A stretch of 64,000 nucleotides of DNA from an uncultured Acidobacteriota bacterium (GTDB lineage Bacteria; Acidobacteriota; UBA6911), in contig CAWJKZ010000021.1 of assembly GCA_963843575.1 (NCBI GenBank), forward strand, positions 256,001 through 320,000. Direction: 5' to 3'. The position numbers and the translations under genes are program-made. Shown in pieces: positions 9,973 to 19,543 of the stretch (position 1 is its first letter; each line of letters begins with the position of its first letter). The notes beneath the pieces were generated by a model. That model saw only the letters and a program-made list of their open reading frames with translations. It did not search any database and was not told the DNA's origin.

Positions 9973-11547
9973 ATGCACTGCCACAATCGCACCAAGGCAC
10001 GTTGGATGAAGTGGGTATTTCCGGTTTCGGGGCTGATGGCGCTCGTCTGGTTCCTGATTCGCGTCATACCGAAACCGACGCGCGCCGCCTACCCGTGCCA
10101 GCGCATGGCCGCACCTCTGGCCAGCAGTTTTGTGTTGTGGGCGCTTGGCGTGGTGGGGTCCATGGCGGCGTTTCGCAGGAGCCGCCTGCTGCTCCGGCAG
10201 TCTCGCGTCTGGCTGGCCTGCGCCTGCGGCCTGCTCGCCCTCGCGGTCGGAATTGGAACGTTTCTGCTACTTCCCCCGGGGCCGGCGCTCGCCGACAACC
10301 CGGAGCCCAATGCCCCAGTCGGTGTGGCCCGCGGAGTCCACCCGGGGCGCGTCGTATGGACCCACAACCCGGATGCCACGGACTGGGCCGGTCCGGGGCA
10401 GGGGCACTGGTGGGAGCCGGACCACACGGATCAGGCGAAGGTCGACGGTATGATGTCGGGCTCCCTGCAGGCGCTCACGGGGGCCGGGACCGACGCCGAG
10501 GCCTGGCAGGCGATCTTTCGCTACTTCAACAAAACCCTTTCCGGGAACGAGACCGGGTACCAGGTGGGGGAGAAGATAGCCATAAAGGTAAACCTGGTCG
10601 GCTGCATCGTCTCCAGGGGCGGGAGCGTCGACCCGGACTCCTACCAGATGACCAAGGATCTGGATTACATGAACACGTCGCCCCAGATGATGGCGGCGCT
10701 TCTGAAGCAGCTGGTGGGGTCCGCGGGAGTGAGGCCGTCGGACATATCGATCGGCGATCCGCTCTCCCGATTCCCGGGCCAGTACTACGAAATCCTGCAC
10801 CGCGAGTTTCCCGAGGTGCGCTTCATGGACTACGACGGGGGGACCGTTTCTCAGCCCCGTCGCGGCGTGCACCCGTCCTCGGTCGCCTTCTACTGGAGTT
10901 TGCGCCCGACGGGCACCACCCAGGATTACATCCCCGACGCCTACGCCGAGGCGACCTACTTCATCAACCTGGCGAACCTGAAGAGCCACACGATGGCAGG
11001 GGTGACCCTGTGCGCGAAGAACCACTTCGGCTCGCTGGCGCGGCGACCCCCGGAGAAGGGCTACTTCGACATGCACCAGAGCCTCCCGCGCAACACTCCC
11101 GGATACGGGCACTACAGGGACCTCGTCGACCTCACCGGCCACGCCCAGATCGGGGGCAAGGCGGTGCTGTACCTGATCGACGGCCTGTATGCGGGCGTAC
11201 ACCCGGTAGAGACTTCGCCGAAGAAGTGGAACCGCCCGCCTTTCGGGAGTGACTGGAGTTCGAGCCTGCTCGTGTCGCAGGACCCCATCGCAATCGATTC
11301 GGTGGCCTTCGACATGCTCCGGGCCGAGTGGAGCGATCACCCTCGCATGCCGGGCGCGGACGACTACCTGCACGAGGCTGCCCTGGCGGACAATCCTCCA
11401 TCGGGCACGTTCTACGATCCGGACCACGCGACGCCGACCAAGCGGCTGGCCAGCCTGGGGGTGCACGAGCATTGGAATAATCCGGAGTCGATGCAGTACA
11501 CCCGCAACCTCGGCACCGGCGCCGGCATAGAGCTCGTCCGGAAGTAA
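9973..11547 (+). CDS. DUF362 domain protein with N-terminal membrane segments
   Basis: RVIPKPTRAAYPCQ, GVHPGRVVW, IAIKVNL, INLANLKSH..GVTLCAKNHFG and DPIAIDSV motifs. Confidence 0.85.
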   Translation: MHCHNRTKARWMKWVFPVSGLMALVWFLIRVIPKPTRAAYPCQRMAAPLASSFVLWALGVVGSMAAFRRSRLLLRQSRVWLACACGLLALAVGIGTFLLLPPGPALADNPEPNAPVGVARGVHPGRVVWTHNPDATDWAGPGQGHWWEPDHTDQAKVDGMMSGSLQALTGAGTDAEAWQAIFRYFNKTLSGNETGYQVGEKIAIKVNLVGCIVSRGGSVDPDSYQMTKDLDYMNTSPQMMAALLKQLVGSAGVRPSDISIGDPLSRFPGQYYEILHREFPEVRFMDYDGGTVSQPRRGVHPSSVAFYWSLRPTGTTQDYIPDAYAEATYFINLANLKSHTMAGVTLCAKNHFGSLARRPPEKGYFDMHQSLPRNTPGYGHYRDLVDLTGHAQIGGKAVLYLIDGLYAGVHPVETSPKKWNRPPFGSDWSSSLLVSQDPIAIDSVAFDMLRAEWSDHPRMPGADDYLHEAALADNPPSGTFYDPDHATPTKRLASLGVHEHWNNPESMQYTRNLGTGAGIELVRK

Positions 11548-11659
11548 ACCAAAAAGTGGGCCGCGGCGGCTCGACGCGGCTCCTGATGAGGCGTGGACCG
11601 TTCGATTGCCGGAGCACTCCGTGGAGTGTCCGGCCGCCGTCATTCCCTGGAGGTGAGGC

Positions 11660-12664
11660 ATGCGATGTGCGGTTCTGGTTCTCTTGATGGCGGTCGGCGG
11701 GCAGGCGCAGACGGTCAAAATACTCGTGGGCAACGACGACCCTGTGCTCCTGCAGGAGTTTCGGACCGCCACCCCGGCGGTGCGGATCGTGCCGGTCACG
11801 GCGGAAAACGTCATGCGGGAAATCATCGACGCCGACGCCTTCATCGGAGACATCACGCCCGAGCAGGTCCGCGCCGGCAAGAAACTCCGCTGGGTGCAAA
11901 CCATGAGTGCGGGGGTCGAGCGGGTCCTGCACCGTTCAGGCGGCAACGACCTGCGCGACAGCGCCATCGTCCTCACAAACAACCAGATCGTGCAGGGGCC
12001 GGAGATCGCCGATCACGCCATGGCGCTGCTGCTCACGCTCTCGCGCGGCATCCCCGAGTTCCTGGCCGACAAGCAGCGTGAAGACTGGAGGCCCCGGCCC
12101 TATTCCGGCATCGAGCTCAACGGCCGCACGGCGCTCGTGATAGGGGTCGGCGGGATAGGGACGCAGATCGCCTTCCGGGCTTGGGCGCACGGCATGACCG
12201 TGATCGGCGTAGACCCGGAGGACGTCCCCTACATGCCCGTGATCTCGCAGGTGGTCAAGCCGGATCAGCTCGACGCGTTCCTTCCCCAGGCCGACGTGGT
12301 CTTCGTGTCGGCCCCGCACACCCCGTCGAGCGAAAAGATGCTTGGCCCGAGGCAATTCGAGGCCATGAAGAAGGGTGCCTACTTCATTGCGGTGAGCCGC
12401 GGCTCGCTTTACGACCTCGACGCGCTGGCGACGGCCCTCCAGACCCAGCGGCTGGCGGGCGCCGGAGTCGATGTGACCAATCCCGAGCCGCTGCCGAAGG
12501 GCCACCCCCTCTGGAAGTGCGACAACGCCATCATCACGCCGCACATCGCCGGGAGATCCGACAAGGACCGCGCGCGCATGGTCAACACCATCCGGGAAAA
12601 CATCCGCCGCTTTGTCGAGGGGAAGCCGCTCATCAACGTAGTCGACAAGCAGAAAGGGTACTGA
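11660..12664 (+). CDS. D-isomer-specific 2-hydroxyacid dehydrogenase with N-terminal signal-like peptide
   Basis: GVGGIG Rossmann motif; SRG; GAGVDVTNPEPLP; IITPHIAG. Confidence 0.9.
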   Translation: MRCAVLVLLMAVGGQAQTVKILVGNDDPVLLQEFRTATPAVRIVPVTAENVMREIIDADAFIGDITPEQVRAGKKLRWVQTMSAGVERVLHRSGGNDLRDSAIVLTNNQIVQGPEIADHAMALLLTLSRGIPEFLADKQREDWRPRPYSGIELNGRTALVIGVGGIGTQIAFRAWAHGMTVIGVDPEDVPYMPVISQVVKPDQLDAFLPQADVVFVSAPHTPSSEKMLGPRQFEAMKKGAYFIAVSRGSLYDLDALATALQTQRLAGAGVDVTNPEPLPKGHPLWKCDNAIITPHIAGRSDKDRARMVNTIRENIRRFVEGKPLINVVDKQKGY

Positions 12665-12740
12665 AGCAGGGGCGGGCTGCAGACCGCCCCCGCCTTGTAC
12701 CTCCCGATCAGAGTTCCTACAAACCCGCGCCGGCCAGGGC

Positions 12741-15038
12741 TCAGAACCTGTACGTCAGGTTCGCGAACACATTGCGCCCGGGCTCGAAAACCCGCACGCC
12801 CGAACGGAATGGATCCCGCTGATACGACAGGTGCTCCCGGAAGAGCCTGTCGAACACATTGTTCAGCCCGACCGTGAGGCGAAACGCCTTCAGGGAGGTC
12901 CCGACCCGGATATTGGCCAGCCCGTACCCTGCGGTGGCTTCCTCCCGCATGTCCGTGTCGATGTTGCGCTGGGCGCCGGCCAGGACGCCCTCGACCTCGG
13001 CGGAAAAGCGTCCGTTGTCGAACCGCAGCCCGGAGCGTGTGGTCAGGGGCGGCATCTCGGCGAGGTTTTTGGAGAAGATGTTCCGCCCGGGTACCGGGTC
13101 CTGGATGCCACGCGTATAGGAAAGCGAGTTCGAGAAAAACACCCGGGACGTGATCGAATAAACCGCCTGCACCTCGGTCCCGTAAATCGTGGCATCGACG
13201 TTTTCGTATGACCGGGCGTTGGAGTTCATAATCCCGGCCACGGAATTCACCTTGACCGCCCGACGGACGGTGACGAAGTTGTCGATCCGGTTCAGATAGA
13301 ACGTCGAGCTGAGGAACAGCGCCTGCCGCCGCAGGGAAACGGACCCGTCCGTGCCGGTGTTGCGGCTGGGCAGCAGCCCAGGGTTGCCGACCCAATCCGA
13401 ACCGGCCCTGCGCAGCCCGAAGTACCGTTCCGTGGCGTCGGGCACCCGGACCGTGCTCCCCACCCCTCCGGAGAACTCGAGACCCCCCGGGGCCGAGTAC
13501 GTCAGCCGCGCCGCGCCCGAAGGGTAGACGTCGCTGGTAGACGTGGCACGCGTCGAGTTGTAGGCGTAGTAAAGATTCGTGTTGGCCTTGAGCGGATCCG
13601 CCTCGTGCTGGGTCCGATCCACGCGGCCGCCGAACTCCAGCTTGAGGCGGTCGGTCAGGGGCCTGTGGTACTCGGCATAAGCGCCGAACGACACGGCGGT
13701 GACGTCGGGGATGGAGGACTGCGACATGTATCCCATCCCCGCCATCTGGGTGGAGGCATCCCAGTACCGGCTGAAGGCTTCGAAGCCGAGCGTCAGGTTG
13801 TTCATCCCGGCCTCGAGCTTGCCGCCGAAGGTCCTGGTGACGGCAAACGTCCCCATACTGTAGTCCCGCGCCATTTTGTAGGAAGACGTCCTGTACGCGT
13901 CGGTCATCCAGTGACGCACGCCGGTGAAGTATCCGTGGACCCTGACGGAGTCGACCGGGCCTGCCATACGGTCGACCTGGTACCCGAAGCTGACCCGGTC
14001 GGTGTTGTCGTAGAGGGCGTCCATCTGCAGATAGGGGTACAGGACGCCGTCGGCCTCCTGGCGGGTGTACGCCAGTTGCAGCAGTTGATTGGCCGCCGGG
14101 GAGAACGAAATGCCGGCCCACGCGGTACCGATCTGGAATGCGGGGTTCTCCTGGGCTTCGGGCCGGTAGTTGCCATAGCGCGTGAAGAGATTCCCCGAGC
14201 CGTCGCTATACGGGTCGGAGCGGCGATACGAGTAGCCACCCAGGACCGAAAACCGGTCTCCGGCAAAGGAGGCGGTCGCCGAGGGATTCACGAAACCGTA
14301 GGCGCCGGCCGCGAGGTTGCCGGTGGCCCGGAAACCCTTCTCGGGCCTCCGGGTCACGATATTGACCACGCCGCCGAGGCTGCCGCTGTTTTTCACGTCG
14401 AACGGCCCCTTGCCCACCTCGATTCGATCCACCTCGGCGAAGTCGACGTGAAAGGCGGGGGGATCCATGTGATTGGGGCAGGCGCCGTAGACGCGCTGGC
14501 CGTCGATCAGCACATTCAGGTCCTTGCTCTGGAAGCCGCGCAAGACCACGTCGTTGGCGATCCCGCCCTTGCGGATTTTCGAGATGCCGTTGGTTTCCGC
14601 CAGCGCCTCCCCGACGTCGCGCGCCGGGCTCTCGCGTGTCTTCGATGCCTCGAGGCTGTCGCGCGGCGCGGTTCCCACGACCGTGACCATCTCCCTGATG
14701 GTGGCGATCTCGAGCCTCACGTCAAAGGTCCGGGCCTCCCCGGCCGAGACGCGGACGCGGCCGGCCTGGGCAGGCTCGAATCCCTCCAGCTCTGCGGCGA
14801 CTTCGTATTCCCCCGCAGGAACGCCCGGCACGCGATAGAGTCCGCGCGTGCCCGAGACGGCCAGCCACACCTTCCCCGTGTCCAGGTTGCGCAGGCTGAC
14901 ACGGGCCCCGGGCAGCCCCGTCTGGTTTGGCCCGAGCACGAGGCCTGCTATTTCGGCCGGGGGTGGCAGCGCCCCGGCGGGTTCCTGCAATCCGAACGTC
15001 ACGATGAGAACGAACAAGATACAGCATCGAATAACCAT
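12741..15038 (-). CDS. TonB-dependent copper receptor, OprC/NosA-like, with N-terminal CarboxypepD-like domain
   Basis: Plug motif GACPNHMDP (CxxxM), HWM (HxM) motif, Met-rich loops, C-terminal EPGRNVFANLTYRF. Confidence 0.85.
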   Translation of the reverse strand: MVIRCCILFVLIVTFGLQEPAGALPPPAEIAGLVLGPNQTGLPGARVSLRNLDTGKVWLAVSGTRGLYRVPGVPAGEYEVAAELEGFEPAQAGRVRVSAGEARTFDVRLEIATIREMVTVVGTAPRDSLEASKTRESPARDVGEALAETNGISKIRKGGIANDVVLRGFQSKDLNVLIDGQRVYGACPNHMDPPAFHVDFAEVDRIEVGKGPFDVKNSGSLGGVVNIVTRRPEKGFRATGNLAAGAYGFVNPSATASFAGDRFSVLGGYSYRRSDPYSDGSGNLFTRYGNYRPEAQENPAFQIGTAWAGISFSPAANQLLQLAYTRQEADGVLYPYLQMDALYDNTDRVSFGYQVDRMAGPVDSVRVHGYFTGVRHWMTDAYRTSSYKMARDYSMGTFAVTRTFGGKLEAGMNNLTLGFEAFSRYWDASTQMAGMGYMSQSSIPDVTAVSFGAYAEYHRPLTDRLKLEFGGRVDRTQHEADPLKANTNLYYAYNSTRATSTSDVYPSGAARLTYSAPGGLEFSGGVGSTVRVPDATERYFGLRRAGSDWVGNPGLLPSRNTGTDGSVSLRRQALFLSSTFYLNRIDNFVTVRRAVKVNSVAGIMNSNARSYENVDATIYGTEVQAVYSITSRVFFSNSLSYTRGIQDPVPGRNIFSKNLAEMPPLTTRSGLRFDNGRFSAEVEGVLAGAQRNIDTDMREEATAGYGLANIRVGTSLKAFRLTVGLNNVFDRLFREHLSYQRDPFRSGVRVFEPGRNVFANLTYRF

Positions 15039-15125
15039 GGCGGTCCCCTCGCGTTCCTCGGGCGCGCGCCTGGGAGAGCCTGCGCGAGGCTCCGGGGCGG
15101 CAACCGATCAAGCGCATTTGCGGAT

Positions 15126-15563
15126 TCAGCTCGCTGAACTGCGGGGACCGCCTTTCGGCGGCGGACTCGGGACCGAGAGATCGACGGTCAGGCAGGAACA
15201 TGCCAGCGGATGTAAATTGGCCACGGGGCGGAGACTGATGGACAACTCGTCTGGCCGGGGGAGGGTCGCAACCTCCAGCGCCGGGACGGACCGCGAGGCC
15301 GCCTCCTTCGAGGAGAGGCCGCAGTCGCAGGAGGCGCCTTCGTTCGGGACGCAATGATGCACGCCGTTTTCATCCAGGTAGCACCTGGCGGTGCAGCAGC
15401 TCGCTTCCGCACATCCGACAGTCATTGCGTGCGGGTCCGCGGCGCGCGACGGTTTGAGCGCTCCCAGGAGCGGGAAGCCGACCCAGCCCGCTGCGTACAG
15501 GACGAGCGCCGTGAGCGCCAGGGGGCCTGGGGTCGTGCCCGATTGTCGGCGGAAGACCATCAT
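15126..15563 (-). CDS. Cys/His-rich exported protein with C-terminal Pro-rich motif (DUF2946/CruR/CutF-like leader)
   Basis: TM/signal segment; CAEASCCTARC...HHC...CDC cluster; VPSPPPK near the C-terminus; lies 87 nt upstream of the OprC-like gene on the same strand. Confidence 0.6.
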   Translation of the reverse strand: MMVFRRQSGTTPGPLALTALVLYAAGWVGFPLLGALKPSRAADPHAMTVGCAEASCCTARCYLDENGVHHCVPNEGASCDCGLSSKEAASRSVPALEVATLPRPDELSISLRPVANLHPLACSCLTVDLSVPSPPPKGGPRSSAS

Positions 15564-15674
15564 CGTTGGTTCCTTAACCTCACTTCGAATCTAGCCGCAT
15601 TGTCGATGAAAAGCAATCGGAGGGAATACCCAAATCGTATATGGGTAAAAACACCCAAATTAAACAAGGTGGAC

Positions 15675-15782
15675 AAGTGGGTCCGGGCTTCAGCCCGGAC
15701 GTCTTTTGAGCTGATCTATATAGCGACGGGCGCACGTTATAGCGACCGCAAACAGCGTCCGGGTTGAAGCCCGGACCCACTT
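15675..15782. repeat. REP doublet / REPIN-like element (family A)
   Basis: AAGTGGGTCCGGGCTTCAGCCCGGAC at 15675 and inverted GTCCGGGTTGAAGCCCGGACCCACTT ending at 15782. Confidence 0.8.
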
Positions 15783-15887
15783 CTTTCTTATATCTGGCTT
15801 AGGTAGTTAAAAATAACGACAAACGCTCGCATTTGCTGTGGCGATGTCATACAGTCGGTCCAAGAACCGGAGGAATGAAAGCTCATC

Positions 15888-16976
15888 ATGCGCAGACGAC
15901 ATTTCATCTCCACCTCACTGATCGCGCCCGCGGTGGTGCGGGCGGGTATCGCCTCGCGGCGCAGCGCACCGGGGGCCACCCGTATGAAACTCGGCTGCCA
16001 AAGCGGCCCGCAAACAGACGAGCGGCTGGAGTTTTTCGCGCGCCACGGAGTCGATGCGATCTGCGGAAGCCCGCCGGCCCGGGCGGATGGGCTCATCTGG
16101 ACTGCCGATGATCTGGCCCAGCTGCGGGAGCGGGTCGAAAAGCACGGCATGACGCTCGACATGATCGCGCCGCCGTTTCTGGAGTCCACCCACGTCGACC
16201 GGACGCAGCGCCCGGCGATCATGCTGGGCCGGAGCCCGGACCGCGACCGGGACGTCGAGAATATCCAGGCGCTCATCCGCAACTGTGCGAAGGCCGGAAT
16301 CCCCGCGATCAAGTACAATCTGAACCTGCTCGGGGTGCCGCGCACCAAGCCGACGCGGGGCAGAGGAGGATCGTCGCTGAGCACCTGGCGGCTCGCGGAG
16401 GCGGGCGATCGTGCCACCCGGACGACCAGCGCAGGCCGGGTCACGGAAGACGTCTACTGGGAACGAATCACCTGGTTTCTGCAACGCGTCGTCCCCGTTG
16501 CCGCCGAGTACCGGGTCCGGATGGCCTGTCACCCGCACGACCCGGGGCTGCCGCCGGGATTCGAAGGAGTGGACTGCGTGCTCGGGACCGTGGACGGCCT
16601 GAAGAAGTTCGTGGACATCGAGGCGAGCCCATACCACGGCCTGAACTTCTGCCAGGGAACGGTCAGCGAGATGCTGCAGGAGCCGTCGCGCGAGATTAAC
16701 GACGTGATCCGCTATTTCGGGGAGCGCCGGAAGATCTTCAATGTCCACTTCCGGAACATCCGCGGCCACCGCGACAGTTTCCAGGAGACGTTCCCCGACG
16801 AGGGGGATGTGGACATGCTCAAGGCGCTCCTCGCGTACCGGGATACCGGTTATGAATTCATGCTGATGCCCGATCACGTGCCCCGCCACGACGGCGACCG
16901 GGACGGCCTCCAGGCATTTGCGTTCTGCTACGGCTATATCCGCGCCTTGCTCCAGGCTGTTTCCGAGATGGGTTGA
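15888..16976 (+). CDS. Mannonate dehydratase (UxuA) family protein with RR-type leader
   Basis: FLQRVVPVAAEYRVRMACHPHDP, GLNFCQG, VHFRNIRG, ETFPDEGDVDM and MPDHVP motifs. Confidence 0.88.
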   Translation: MRRRHFISTSLIAPAVVRAGIASRRSAPGATRMKLGCQSGPQTDERLEFFARHGVDAICGSPPARADGLIWTADDLAQLRERVEKHGMTLDMIAPPFLESTHVDRTQRPAIMLGRSPDRDRDVENIQALIRNCAKAGIPAIKYNLNLLGVPRTKPTRGRGGSSLSTWRLAEAGDRATRTTSAGRVTEDVYWERITWFLQRVVPVAAEYRVRMACHPHDPGLPPGFEGVDCVLGTVDGLKKFVDIEASPYHGLNFCQGTVSEMLQEPSREINDVIRYFGERRKIFNVHFRNIRGHRDSFQETFPDEGDVDMLKALLAYRDTGYEFMLMPDHVPRHDGDRDGLQAFAFCYGYIRALLQAVSEMG

Positions 16977-17156
16977 GCGGCACCCACGGGGCGGGCGGGC
17001 ACGGAACCGGCGGCCTGCGCTCCGCGGCGCGGCAGAAACCGTCACCAGCTGTCCGGAATTCGGGCACGCTACGGGACGTCTGAACGACAAAAAGCACGAT
17101 TTTGCGGGCCCTGCGGCTGGCGCCCGTTTTGCGGTCATGGTTCCGGAGGCGGAACC

Positions 17157-17645
17157 ATGACGACATTGGTTAGACGGACGCTCGCAGCCTTCGGGTGCCT
17201 GCTGTGTGCCGCGACGCTGGACGCCGAAGTGCCCCCGGGGCGCTGGGCCAAGATGGATCTGCAGCCGCCGGGGCTGGAAATAGCCGTCATGATGCGGGAC
17301 GGGGAGAAGATCGCCGGGTTACTGAAAAGCTGCGCCGCCGAAACCCTCACGCTCGCCGAGATCGATGGAACCGAGCGCGTGCTCCGGAAGGCCGACATCC
17401 GCAAGGTCGTTACCAGGGACCGGCGTCCGGACGAACTGGGAAACGGTGCTCTGATCGGGCTGGGAGCGGGGGCCGTTTTCGGCGCGCTGGTCGGCGCCCT
17501 CTACTGCGCCGATTGCGATTGTTCGCCGGCGGCCGGGAGCGCCATCTACGGCCTGATCTTCGGCGGCATCGGCGCCGGCCTCGGGGTGGGAATCGACGCG
17601 GCCATCACAAGCCGGCAGGTCCTGTACGTCGCCGCGAAACCCTGA
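17157..17645 (+). CDS. Hypothetical exported protein with glycine zipper
   Basis: Signal peptide; NGALIGLGAGA...GAGLGVGIDA. Confidence 0.7.
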   Translation: MTTLVRRTLAAFGCLLCAATLDAEVPPGRWAKMDLQPPGLEIAVMMRDGEKIAGLLKSCAAETLTLAEIDGTERVLRKADIRKVVTRDRRPDELGNGALIGLGAGAVFGALVGALYCADCDCSPAAGSAIYGLIFGGIGAGLGVGIDAAITSRQVLYVAAKP

Positions 17646-17771
17646 GGAGTCCGGGTCCGCCCAGTCCTGATATCTCCTCGCGGCCGACGGCGGTTTGGTG
17701 TATATAGGCAGAACACCGCTTTTCATGGATTGCGCCCTGTCGGGGACGTGTCAGTACGAGGGGAGACACCC

Positions 17772-19280
17772 GTGGCCAGCCCAACACCCGAACGCCCGAG
17801 CCGCCGGGAGTTCCTGCGATGTGCGGGAACCGGCGGAGCGGCCCTGCTGCTCTCGAGCCCGGGGCTCGCCTCCGGGCAACCCCCCGCTGCCCGCAAGCCG
17901 AACTTCGTCGTGATATACATGGACGACATGGGCTACGCGGACCCCAGCTGTTTCGGCGCGCCTGCCGGACTTACGCCGAACGTCGATCGCCTCGCGCGCG
18001 ACGGTATGCGTTTCACCAGCTTCTATGCCGCGCAGGCGGTTTGCAGCGCCTCGCGCGCCGCCCTGCTGACCGGCTGCTACTCCAACCGCGTGGGCATCCT
18101 CGGAGCCCTGGGCCCGAATGCCCAGACGGGCCTCGACCCCGACGAGGATACGATTGCGGACGTGCTCAAGCAGAGCGGCTATGCCTGTGCCGCCATCGGC
18201 AAGTGGCACCTCGGGGATCATCGCCCCTACCTCCCCCTGCAGCAGGGATTCGACGAGTACTTCGGGCTGCCCTACTCGAACGACATGTGGCCCGTGGACT
18301 ACGACGGGACGCCGATCAAGCCGGGGCAGAAGTCCGGGGAGGAGGACGGCAAGCCCCACCGTCCCTATTACCCGCCGCTCTTCCTGATGGACAACAACGA
18401 GAAGGTGAGGGAGGTCAGGGACTTTTCCGACCAGGACCGGCTGACGACGCTGTACACGGAACGCGCGGTGCGTTTCGTGGCCTCACACAAGGACCGCCCC
18501 TTCTTTCTTTACCTCGCACACTCCATGGTGCACGTGCCGCTTGGAGTGTCCGACAAGTTCCGCGGGAAGAGCGGACACGGAGTGTTCGCGGACGTCATGA
18601 TGGAAATCGACTGGTCGATTGGCCGCGTTCTCGCGGAACTGCGCAGTCAGGGACTGGAGAACGACACCGTGGTGCTGTTCGCCTCCGACAACGGCCCGTG
18701 GCTTAACTTCGGGAACCACGCGGGCAGCGCCGGGCCCCTGCGGGAGGGGAAGGGAACCATGTGGGAAGGAGGCTGCCGCGTGCCGGGGATAATCCGCTGG
18801 CCCGGCCACGTCGCCGCCGGAGCCGTCTGCGACAGGATCGCGGCCACGATCGACATTCTGCCCACGTTTGCCGAGATCGCAGGCGCGCCTCGGCCGCGGC
18901 GCAAGATCGACGGGGTCAGCATCCTTCCGCTGCTGCGAGGAGACCGCGGTGCGGATCCCCGCACCACCTACTGGCTGTATTATGGCCAGACGCTCACTGG
19001 CGTGCGGGAAGGGAAATGGAAGCTCCAACTTCCGCACGAATCACGCACCTACGAAGGCTACACGCCGGGCCGCGACGGCATCCCGGGCAAGACCGGAACG
19101 CGGAAACTCGAGCTGGCGCTCTATGACCTCGAATCCGATGTCGGCGAACAGACAAACCTCGCCGCCCGGTTTCCTGAGGTGGTCGCGCGGCTCCAGCAAA
19201 TCGCAGCGTCAGCCAGGGCGGACTTGGGCGACACCGGGAAGCCCGGCCCGGGTGTGCGCCCGCCGCGCAGGCTGCCTTGA
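17772..19280 (+). CDS. Arylsulfatase (formylglycine-dependent), Tat-exported
   Basis: SRREFL signal; KPNFVVIYMDDMG; CSASRAALLTG; GKWHLG; SDNGP. Confidence 0.93.
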   Translation: MASPTPERPSRREFLRCAGTGGAALLLSSPGLASGQPPAARKPNFVVIYMDDMGYADPSCFGAPAGLTPNVDRLARDGMRFTSFYAAQAVCSASRAALLTGCYSNRVGILGALGPNAQTGLDPDEDTIADVLKQSGYACAAIGKWHLGDHRPYLPLQQGFDEYFGLPYSNDMWPVDYDGTPIKPGQKSGEEDGKPHRPYYPPLFLMDNNEKVREVRDFSDQDRLTTLYTERAVRFVASHKDRPFFLYLAHSMVHVPLGVSDKFRGKSGHGVFADVMMEIDWSIGRVLAELRSQGLENDTVVLFASDNGPWLNFGNHAGSAGPLREGKGTMWEGGCRVPGIIRWPGHVAAGAVCDRIAATIDILPTFAEIAGAPRPRRKIDGVSILPLLRGDRGADPRTTYWLYYGQTLTGVREGKWKLQLPHESRTYEGYTPGRDGIPGKTGTRKLELALYDLESDVGEQTNLAARFPEVVARLQQIAASARADLGDTGKPGPGVRPPRRLP

Positions 19281-19543
19281 TAGCGGCAGCGCGGTGAAAC
19301 GAATCCGCGTATGGTTCGGATAGAGCAGGTTGGCGATTAGCACAGCAGAACGCGGATCTCCGCGGATTTGAACGATTCACGCAGATCGGTGGCGGAAAGT
19401 TCCGGCGTGTCGTCCGCGATTCGGCGAATGCGCATGCCGGAACCCTGGAGGTGAGCCTGGCGGAGGTGCCGCACACGCAAAGACTAGCGGTCGGGAGTGG
19501 CCGATGGTCCCGCCCGCCTTGCGGAGTGGAATCCCGCGGCCGG

